A DNA stretch of 48,123 nt from the NCBI GenBank assembly GCA_035533195.1, contig DATLUK010000295.1, positions 1 to 48,123 of the forward strand, given 5' to 3'. The notes below the pieces were generated by a model. The model made no database searches. It was not told the origin of the DNA and saw only the letters and a program-made list of their open reading frames with translations. Origin of the DNA: Acidimicrobiales bacterium. GTDB taxonomy: Bacteria; Actinomycetota; Acidimicrobiia; Acidimicrobiales; JAJPHE01. This document shows, in pieces, positions 1 through 6,922 of the stretch. The number at the start of each line of letters is the position of its first letter. Position 1 is the stretch's first letter. A program made the translations under genes and the position numbers.

Positions 1-74
1 ACCAGCACCCGATCAACGAGCCTGACGAGTGGGGCGATCTTGAGTCATTCCGCACCGCAGCCGCCGCCACGTGA
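1..74 (+). CDS. 3' end of an antitoxin gene (partial, runs off the left edge); partner of the downstream MazF-like toxin
   Basis: The frame is open from nt 3 and reads ...QHPINEPDEWGDLESFRTAAAAT*. Its TGA (72-74) overlaps the GTG start (71-73) of the toxin gene in a GTGA junction, the classic antitoxin-then-toxin layout. Only 23 residues are visible, so no family can be assigned. Confidence 0.35.
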   Translation, partial: QHPINEPDEWGDLESFRTAAAAT

Positions 75-400
75 CCGACACGCCTCGTCGAGGGGAACTG
101 TGGTGGTGCGAACTCCCTGACATTGGCCGACGTCCGGTACTCGTCCTGTCCCGAGACGCCGCCATTCCCAGATTGCGCCGCACCCTGATTGCCCCCTGCA
201 CAACCACCATCAGGCACCTTCCTAGCGAGGTCCTCCTCGAACCTGGCGGGGACCCGGTTCCTCGGCTCACGGCAATCAGTCTCGACTCGGTCGAGAGCGT
301 CTCGATCGTTGTGCTCGTCGATCGACTCGGCACCTTGAGCACCGAGCGAATGCGGGAGGTATGCGCCGCCCTTGAGGTGGCGGTCGACTGCCAAGGCTGA
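71..400 (+). CDS. mazF: MazF/PemK-family type II toxin (endoribonuclease)
   Basis: 109 aa. The N-terminus RRGELWWCELPDIGRRPVLVLSRD matches the MazF/PemK signature (RGE/D-hW-h...G.RPhLVLS). Size and the 4-nt overlap with an upstream small ORF also fit. Confidence 0.85.
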   Translation: MTDTPRRGELWWCELPDIGRRPVLVLSRDAAIPRLRRTLIAPCTTTIRHLPSEVLLEPGGDPVPRLTAISLDSVESVSIVVLVDRLGTLSTERMREVCAALEVAVDCQG

Positions 401-416
401 CCTGACCGGCCGCCAA

Positions 417-448
417 GGACCCGGCGAAGGGGATACTTTGCCGGGTCC
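417..448 (+). terminator. Stem-loop downstream of mazF (possible intrinsic terminator or cassette boundary)
   Basis: GGACCCGGC (417-425) and GCCGGGTCC (440-448) form a perfect 9-bp inverted repeat with a 14-nt loop, 17 nt after the mazF stop. There is no U-tract, which weakens a terminator call. Confidence 0.35.
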
Positions 449-565
449 GACCGCCGGCGCTGATCGATCCGGTGCTCAGGACCTCTCAAGGTAGACTCGG
501 GACTCTCGACATTCACCGGGAACGACAACCCTGCGGTAGAGGATCCTGTCGGTTCTGATCCCAAG

Positions 566-814
566 GTGGGTCTTGAGGCCGTCGCCGCACATTACCGGGC
601 GAGCTTCGGTGGTCCGTTCTCAGCTCGACGACTCGGTCCGGTCACGGTGGTGGACAACCGGGCTGCGTTCCAGTTCCGTATCGATGTCCCGACCGGCACG
701 TCGACGCTCAAGCTGACCAATACCGATGTCATGACCTTCGACGAGGACGGCCGGATCAAGACCATGATCGCCTACCCCGACCTGAAGGCGGACCCCGACG
801 AGGCGTTTGGTTAG
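566..814 (+). CDS. NTF2/SnoaL-like (ketosteroid-isomerase-fold) protein, apparently 5'-truncated
   Basis: 82-aa ORF from GTG 566. The tail ...VMTFDEDGRIKTMIAYPD is typical of the SnoaL/NTF2 C-terminal beta-sheet. The same frame stays open back to nt 464 and encodes ...TFTGNDNPAVEDPVGSDPK, which also looks SnoaL-like, but contains no ATG/GTG/TTG. The N-terminal helix of the fold is missing. Confidence 0.45.
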   Translation: MGLEAVAAHYRASFGGPFSARRLGPVTVVDNRAAFQFRIDVPTGTSTLKLTNTDVMTFDEDGRIKTMIAYPDLKADPDEAFG

Positions 815-958
815 ATGGGATCCGGACCCGCCGACGCCGTGCCGGTCCGGCTGGATCCGGGGCTGCGACAGGCGGTCGACGAGCGGGCTGAGGCTGAGAA
901 CGTCACAGTTTCCGAGGTCATCCGGGAGGCGTTGCGCCGCCACCTCAAGACGGGCTGA
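815..958 (+). CDS. Ribbon-helix-helix (CopG/antitoxin-like) small protein, 47 aa; not in the supplied ORF track
   Basis: Hand translation gives MGSGPADAVPVRLDPGLRQAVDERAEAENVTVSEVIREALRRHLKTG*. The pattern is a beta-strand (VPVRLD), helix (LRQAVDERAE), turn and helix (VSEVIREALRRHL), which is the RHH layout. The ATG abuts the upstream stop (TAGATG). Confidence 0.6.
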   Translation: MGSGPADAVPVRLDPGLRQAVDERAEAENVTVSEVIREALRRHLKTG

Positions 959-989
959 CCTGCTCGAGTGTCCGTCTGCCGGCAGAGAG

Positions 990-1580
990 CTATCGCTCTT
1001 CTTCCGATATCCACTTCTCCGTGTAGACCGGCTCTGTTGTGGCCAGTAGCTCCAAGGCGTCGTCGGCGGTCCCAGTCCGCTGAATGATCTCCCGATTCGC
1101 TGGCTTCAACAGCCCGACGCTCACCATCCGGTCGAGTTGGTCGACCAATGGTTGCCAGAACCTGGCGACGTCGAGGAGAACGACCGGCTTCCTGTGCAGC
1201 CCCAGCTGGGACCAGGTCGCGACCTCGGCCAGTTCCTCCAGCGTGCCCAGTCCCCCCGGGAGGGCTATGAAGCCGTCCGCCAGGTCATACATGAGTTGCT
1301 TGCGCTCGTGCATGGAGGTCACCTCGTGCATTTCGCTTAGCCCAGTGTGGCCGACCTCTCGGCTGAACAGGCCGACCGGGATTACCCCGGTGACCCGTCC
1401 ACCCCGGCTCAAGGCGGCGTCGGCGAGTTCTCCCATTAGGCCCACCCTGCCGCCCCCGTAGACCAGCTCGATCCCTCGGTCCGCCACGAGCGCTCCCAGC
1501 TGCGTGGCCGCCTCGCGGTAGGCCGGGTCTGCAGGCGTCGAGGAACCGCAGAAGACGCACACGGCTCGAAGCTCGGCCAC
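990..1580 (-). CDS. LOG-family protein (cytokinin riboside 5'-monophosphate phosphoribohydrolase / TIGR00730-type)
   Basis: 196 aa with VCVFCGSS, LVYGGGRVGLMG and the PGGLGTLEEL (PGGxGTxxE) motif. Confidence 0.9.
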   Translation of the reverse strand: MAELRAVCVFCGSSTPADPAYREAATQLGALVADRGIELVYGGGRVGLMGELADAALSRGGRVTGVIPVGLFSREVGHTGLSEMHEVTSMHERKQLMYDLADGFIALPGGLGTLEELAEVATWSQLGLHRKPVVLLDVARFWQPLVDQLDRMVSVGLLKPANREIIQRTGTADDALELLATTEPVYTEKWISEEER

Positions 1581-1832
1581 GGTCGGAAGCTATCCGAGTG
1601 CCGGGAGGGATCCTGACTTTCTCGGCCACGACCCGGACCGAACGCTTCTTCTTGCTCTGCCCGGGTTGGCGTTCCTGCTGGCCGCCTCCTGGTCACCCAG
1701 TCAGCCGAGAGTCCCGACACTGTCATTCGCTCGTACCCGCCAGGACAACATCCGGGGATAGTCGTCCTCCGCCTGCGCTCCCATGGCACCAACGCAGACT
1801 GAAAGCATCCGCTCTGGACATTCGTAGGTAGC

Positions 1833-2597
1833 GTGGCGCCTATGGACCTGCACGGAGCAGTTGCGGTCGTGACCGGCACGTCTTCGGGACTGGGGCACCA
1901 GCTCGCGCTGGATTTGGCCGACGCTGGCGCCATTGTGGTGGGACTGGCCCGGCGACCTCAACAGCAAGAGGAGCTAGGCGCCGAGTTGGCCCGGCGCTCA
2001 CCCGGGTCCCGGGCCGAGGTGGCCGACGTCTCCGAAGTCGAAGGCTACGTTACTCTTGTGAAGGAGATCGAGGCCCGTCACAGCCGGATCGACGTGCTCG
2101 TCAACAACGCCGCGGCCTTCGAGCCGGAGGGACCGCCCACCCTGGCCGGGTTCCGGGCAGTCATGGAGACCAACTTCTTCGCCACTGTTGGCGGGACGCT
2201 GACCGTCCTGCCCGGAACGCGAGAACGCGGCCGGGGGGCGGTGGTGAACGTCTCTTCGGACATCGCCCGGGCGCCGATCCCCGGAGAGGTTACCTACGGG
2301 GCCTCGAAGGCGGCTATCACAAGCTTCACAGAAGCGCTGTCCTTTGCGGAGGCCCGCCGTGGCGTCACGCTGCACGTGTTGTATCCCGCGTACATCCCGC
2401 GCGATCTCGAGTCGGCACCGTCGCTCGGTGAGCGCCTTGTGGTCCGTACCGATGCCCAGGTCTCGGCCCTGGTGCTGAAGGCGCTCCGACAAGGTCGGCC
2501 GGACATCAACGCGGCCTGGCTGCCTCGCCTGGCGCCGGCGCTCCGCGCCGTGGCCCCGGGCCTCTACCGTCGCTTCCTGCCCCGCGCCACCCCTTGA
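1833..2597 (+). CDS. Short-chain dehydrogenase/reductase (SDR)
   Basis: AVVTGTSSGLG (TGxxxGxG Rossmann motif), NNAA, and YGASKAA (YxxxK catalytic motif). The start may be ATG 1842 rather than GTG 1833. Confidence 0.9.
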   Translation: MAPMDLHGAVAVVTGTSSGLGHQLALDLADAGAIVVGLARRPQQQEELGAELARRSPGSRAEVADVSEVEGYVTLVKEIEARHSRIDVLVNNAAAFEPEGPPTLAGFRAVMETNFFATVGGTLTVLPGTRERGRGAVVNVSSDIARAPIPGEVTYGASKAAITSFTEALSFAEARRGVTLHVLYPAYIPRDLESAPSLGERLVVRTDAQVSALVLKALRQGRPDINAAWLPRLAPALRAVAPGLYRRFLPRATP

Positions 2598-2812
2598 GCA
2601 ACTGGCCCAGGAACGGGACGGTCGGAGTTTGAGACGCGAGCGTTCTGGTCTAGAGCTGTTCCCATGAACTCGGGGGCCGCACCGAAGGATCCCGCTGGAC
2701 TCCCGGACGCTCGTCGCTCTCCCTCTGACCACTCGTCGCTGGATAGGTCCCTTCCAAGGGAGCGGCACGGATCTCTTCCATCCGTCGGTGGCCAGCCACG
2801 GGCATCGAGGGC

Positions 2813-3271
2813 TCAGTAAGTCGAACCCAACTTCCGATGGTCCCAGGACACCATCTCCTCTGGGTTGACAAACACGGCCACACGCTTTCGGCCCGACGCC
2901 TCCACACCCTGCTTGGCGGGCCCGTCCAGCACTCCGAAGTAGCGAGGGTAGAGGGCCTCGCCCACTGACACGACGGTGTCCCGCTCGGACGACACCTCCG
3001 CCCTGCCCGTGATCTGCACCCCCCGCAACTCGCCATATGCCTTGCCGGCCTCTGCCATCACGGTCAGTCGCGGGTCGCGCTCCAGGTTCTTCACCTTCTG
3101 CGACTTTCCGTAGGTCCAGAAGGCCACTCGCCCGCCGATGACGGCGTAGTACATCGCCACCAGGTGCGGAGTGCCGTCTCGATTGATGGTGGCGACCTGA
3201 AGGGTGTGGGGCTCCGCCAGAAAGGCCGCAATCTCCTCCTCGGACATCCCGATCTGGTCGCGTCGCTTCAT
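2813..3271 (-). CDS. Pyridoxamine 5'-phosphate oxidase-family / F420-dependent PPOX-class flavoprotein
   Basis: 152 aa. EEEIAAFLAEPHTLQVATINRDGTPHLVAMYY..., GRVAFWTYGKSQKVKNLERDPR and VMAE...YGELRGVQITGRAEV are typical of the split-barrel PPOX fold. Confidence 0.85.
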   Translation of the reverse strand: MKRRDQIGMSEEEIAAFLAEPHTLQVATINRDGTPHLVAMYYAVIGGRVAFWTYGKSQKVKNLERDPRLTVMAEAGKAYGELRGVQITGRAEVSSERDTVVSVGEALYPRYFGVLDGPAKQGVEASGRKRVAVFVNPEEMVSWDHRKLGSTY

Positions 3272-3310
3272 GATGAGGGTAGGCCTCGCTCCTCGGTGAT
3301 AATGCCGGCT

Positions 3311-4960
3311 TTACTTGAGAATGAAGCCTTCGTAGCCCGCCTCGGCGATCTCAGCGCACTTGGCCCGGTAGGAAGGTAGACCCCCCATGTAGGGCATGAA
3401 CACGCGTATCTTGCCGGGGACGTTGGCACCGAGATACCACGAGCTGCAGCTGTCCGCGGTCCGGATGGAGCCCTCTACGAGGGACGCCGCGTGCTCCACC
3501 CAGGCAGCCTGAGCTTCGGCACCGGCCTCGATGCTTCGGGACCCGCTGTCGCGCAGGTACGTCACGCAGTCAGCGATCCACTCAACGTGCTGCTCGATGG
3601 ACACCACCATGTTACTCAGCACCGAGGGGCTGCCCGGCCCGGTTACCGTGAACAGGTTAGGGAACCCCGCCACCTGTAGTCCCAGATAGGCTACCGGGCC
3701 CTCTGAGGTCCACACATCACGAAGCAACTGACCATCGCGGCCCCGGATTTCGATGCTGTTCAGCCCCCCCGTCATCGCGTCGAATCCGGTGGCGAATACG
3801 ATCACATCGAAGTCGAAGGAGTTTAGCTCTGTCAGTATCCCCGCCGGCGTGATCTCTACGATCGGTTCCTTGCGTAAATCGACCAGAGTCACGTTGTCCC
3901 GGTTGAACATCTCGAAGTAGCCGCTGTCCAGGATCTGGCGTTTACAGCCCATCGGATAGTGCGGCACCAAGGACTCAGCGGTTGCCGGATCCTTGACCGT
4001 CCGCCGGATCAGCTCGGCATACAGCTCCGTGGCCGCCCGGTTTGCTTCAAGGTCCAACATGACGTCGGCCCACGCCATAGGCGCGCCCCACCCCAACTCG
4101 TCCACGATCTGGAGACGCTGCTCGATCGGCGTCTCCAAGATGTTCCTCGCAGGAGGCTCTGCGTCAAAAGACACTGCCCCAAACCTGAGGACACCTCCGA
4201 AGGCCGCCCGCTGTCGAGCGCGCAGGGTCGCGTAGTCAGCTCTGACCTCATCGAGCTCTCCGGGAGCGAGGGACCGGTTGTTGGCTGGTCTCGTATATGC
4301 GGCCGAGCGCTGGAAGACGTGGAGACGATCGGCTTGGGCCGCGATCAGCGGCATCGCCTGTACCGCCGATGATCCTGTCCCCACGACCGCCACATGCTGG
4401 CCGGTGAAGTCGAAACCTTGCCTGGGATAGCGGCTCGTATATAGGGAGATGCCCTCGAAGGAGTGTAAGCCCTTAATATCCGGCTCGAGGGGTACGGTCA
4501 GGCAGCCGGTGGCCGCGACCACGGAGCGGGCCCTGTAGCGGTCACCGGTGTCCGTTTGGACCGTCCAGTTAGCGTTCTGCTCATCGAATGTGAGCGCGGT
4601 CACGCGCGTGCCGAACTGAATGTCTCGACGCAGGTCCAGCCTGTCGGCCACGTAGTTGAGGTAGGCCTCGATCTCGGGTTGGGTGGGCATGAGCTCGGTC
4701 CATTCCCACTCCTGCTCGATCTCCTTCGAGAAGCTATAGGAGTACTCGATGCTCTGGACATCGCAGCGGGCTCCGGGGTAGCGATTCCAGTACCAGGTTC
4801 CCCCAACACCCTCACCCATCTCCAGCACGCGGACGGCAAAGCCCCGCCCCCGGAGGAGGCGCAGCATGTAAAGGCCGGAGAAGCCGGCGCCGATGACGAC
4901 TACGTCGCAATCAGTCAGTGTCTGGCCACTTGTTCCCTCATCCTTGTGCCGACTCGACAT
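3311..4960 (-). CDS. Type I Baeyer-Villiger (flavin) monooxygenase with an atypical fingerprint motif
   Basis: VVVIGAGFSGL (FAD GxGxxG), GGTWYWNRYPGARCD (BVMO motif) and VAVVGTGSSAVQ (NADPH site). I prefer ATG 4960 (MSSRHK...) with GGAGG about 12 nt upstream over the longest ORF start at 5026. The fingerprint reads FEGISLYTSRYP instead of FxGxxxHxxxW(P/D). Confidence 0.9.
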   Translation of the reverse strand: MSSRHKDEGTSGQTLTDCDVVVIGAGFSGLYMLRLLRGRGFAVRVLEMGEGVGGTWYWNRYPGARCDVQSIEYSYSFSKEIEQEWEWTELMPTQPEIEAYLNYVADRLDLRRDIQFGTRVTALTFDEQNANWTVQTDTGDRYRARSVVAATGCLTVPLEPDIKGLHSFEGISLYTSRYPRQGFDFTGQHVAVVGTGSSAVQAMPLIAAQADRLHVFQRSAAYTRPANNRSLAPGELDEVRADYATLRARQRAAFGGVLRFGAVSFDAEPPARNILETPIEQRLQIVDELGWGAPMAWADVMLDLEANRAATELYAELIRRTVKDPATAESLVPHYPMGCKRQILDSGYFEMFNRDNVTLVDLRKEPIVEITPAGILTELNSFDFDVIVFATGFDAMTGGLNSIEIRGRDGQLLRDVWTSEGPVAYLGLQVAGFPNLFTVTGPGSPSVLSNMVVSIEQHVEWIADCVTYLRDSGSRSIEAGAEAQAAWVEHAASLVEGSIRTADSCSSWYLGANVPGKIRVFMPYMGGLPSYRAKCAEIAEAGYEGFILK

Positions 4961-5215
4961 GGGCCCCCTTAACCTCCCCCGGGCCCAACTCTTTGGCTCG
5001 ATGGCCCTCCGTTGCCTTCCCGGCATTCGCTGTCCATGCTCTAGACTTTATGTCTAGCGGAGCCCGGCTGGCAAGCTGATCTTGACCCGACAGCCTGGAA
5101 GCTCTTGGACGACGGGCCTCCGGCAGTGTGGGGGATCTCGGTCCTACCGGGCATTGCCCCGGCTTCCCCAGGGTGGCGATCAGCGGCTTGTCCGGCCGTG
5201 TTCCCCCGTCCGGTA

Positions 5216-5229
5216 TAGAACAGGTTCTG
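5216..5229. promoter_or_regulatory. KstR-type (TnnAACnnGTTnnA) operator-like palindrome in the BVMO/amidohydrolase divergent region
   Basis: TAGAACAGGTTCTG matches TAGAAC-nn-GTTCTA at 13 of 14 positions. It lies 32-59 nt upstream of the amidohydrolase start candidates. Confidence 0.5.
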
Positions 5230-5260
5230 ACTGTATGCGCTACTCTCGCCCGTTCTCGTA

Positions 5261-6469
5261 ATGAGCCGACCCGGGGAGACACACGCGATGGAGCTAGCCG
5301 AGCGCGCCTTCGACTGCGATAACCACTACTACGAGGCCCTCGACGCCTTCACCCGGCACGTCGCTCCTGCACACCATGGGCGATGCGTGCAGTGGGCGGA
5401 AATCAACGGCCGGCAGTACCACGTCGTCGGTGGCCGAGTGAACCACGCCGTGATCAACCCGACCTTCGACCCTGTGGCCATGCCGGGTGCGATGCACGAC
5501 TACTTCCGGGGCAACCCCGACCGCAAGCCACCGACCGAATTCCTCCGCGAGCGCGAACCCATCCGTCCCGAGTACCGCGACCGCGGTGCCCGCTTGGCTC
5601 GCATGGACGAGTTCGGGTTGGACGCGGTCTGGCTGTTCCCCACTCTCGGGATGCTTTACGAGGAAGTGCTAAAGCACGACCCCGAGGCGGTGACGATCAC
5701 CTTCCAGGGCTTCAACCGTTGGGTGGAGGAGGACTGGGGCTTTGCCCACCAGAGCCGCATCTTCGCCGCCCCCTACCTCTCCCTCGCTGACGTTGACTGG
5801 GCGTGCGCCGAGTTGGAGTGGGCGCTCGGGCGCGGTGCAAGGATCGTGGTCATGCGGGCTGCCGCGACGTGGACTGCGTCGGGGCCCCTCCCGCCCACCC
5901 ATCCAAGCTTTGACCCCTTCTGGGCCCGTGTCAACGAGGCGGGCATAACTGTCATCGTGCATGCCGGCGATAGCGGTTATTCGAGCAACGGCTACGCGGA
6001 GGATGGCTTTGGCACCGGGGGGTCCGCGGCGGGGTGGGCTCCTTCGGTAAAGGCCTTCGCCATTGAACGGGCCGCCTACGATTATCTCATAACCCTGGTC
6101 TTCGGCCGACTCTTCGACCGCTTCCCCAACCTGCGCATCGCGTCGGTGGAGAACGGCTCCGGCTACCTCGAGGACCTGTTCCACAAGCTGCGATCTACTT
6201 CCGGCAAGACCCCGGGCTACTTCAAAGAGGACCCGGTGGAGACATTTCGCCGCCACATTTGGATGAACCCCTTCTGGGAGGACGACCCCCACGAGACGGT
6301 CGAGCAGATGGGGGCCGACCGCGTGATCTTCGGCTCCGATTGGCCCCATATCGAGGGAATGCCTCGACCCCTCGACTATGTGGTCGAGCTGAAGGGGTTC
6401 GACGACAACACGCAGCGCAAGATCTTGCGCGAGAACACGACCGCCCTGACGAAGCCGCAGCCCGCCTGA
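5261..6469 (+). CDS. Amidohydrolase-2 family metal-dependent hydrolase
   Basis: The N-terminal FDCDNHYYE metal-binding motif, later VIVHAGDSG and FGSDWPHIEG are typical of actinobacterial amidohydrolase-2 proteins. The start is more likely ATG 5288 (GGGGAGA 9 nt upstream) than ATG 5261. Confidence 0.85.
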   Translation: MSRPGETHAMELAERAFDCDNHYYEALDAFTRHVAPAHHGRCVQWAEINGRQYHVVGGRVNHAVINPTFDPVAMPGAMHDYFRGNPDRKPPTEFLREREPIRPEYRDRGARLARMDEFGLDAVWLFPTLGMLYEEVLKHDPEAVTITFQGFNRWVEEDWGFAHQSRIFAAPYLSLADVDWACAELEWALGRGARIVVMRAAATWTASGPLPPTHPSFDPFWARVNEAGITVIVHAGDSGYSSNGYAEDGFGTGGSAAGWAPSVKAFAIERAAYDYLITLVFGRLFDRFPNLRIASVENGSGYLEDLFHKLRSTSGKTPGYFKEDPVETFRRHIWMNPFWEDDPHETVEQMGADRVIFGSDWPHIEGMPRPLDYVVELKGFDDNTQRKILRENTTALTKPQPA

Positions 6470-6922
6470 CCGGGTTCATCGGCCGGCGGCGACATTGGTG
6501 AGTCGCTCTTCGGAGAGGTAGTTCAGCTGCGCCGCTAGACCACGCCGACAGTCGGCGCCGACCGATACTTACCTTTCGTCCCCTCCGGGATGAGTGAAGG
6601 CACCCACGGAGGTCCCGGGAGAAGCCAACTAATCGACATGCACCCTTGTCGGCCGGCTGGACGTCTAGTACGTTGACTTTCGATGGTCTACCGGTGCGCA
6701 GCAACCAGCAGGGCCCCCTCGCCCTCGAACGGCGTGAGCCGTCTGAGGGAGACAAGGAGTTCTGAGAGCGTCCCCGGAAGCGATCGGCTTTTCCGATCGG
6801 CCCATTGATGGTCACGAAGAACTTCGGGATCATTAGTTAGCAACCGCCGCGTCGGCGACGCGGCCAGAACCAGGGGGAAGTCAATTATTTCGAACGGGTG
6901 GTCCTACGGCTGGCGTCGCATC

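Noticed and set aside
4961-5026. 5' extensions of the longest ORFs. Examples: BVMO to 5026, Liv SBP to 22827, MFS to 34992, thiolase-like to 41002, DUF35 to 41679, crotonases to 30581 and 45642, and the membrane protein to 24969.
   Set aside because: The extensions are Arg/Pro-rich, overlap neighbouring genes and lack homology. Internal ATG/GTG codons with SD-like sequences or start-stop overlaps fit the conserved N-termini better. The exact starts remain unverified.
6700-6833. A possible relic of a RibD_C/dihydrofolate-reductase-like gene on the minus strand (MIPKFFVTINGPIGKADR..., then in another frame ...LLVSLRRLTPFEGEGALLVAAHR*).
   Set aside because: The resemblance rests on a handful of residues judged by eye. 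It requires both a large deletion and a frameshift. That is too weak without a database search.
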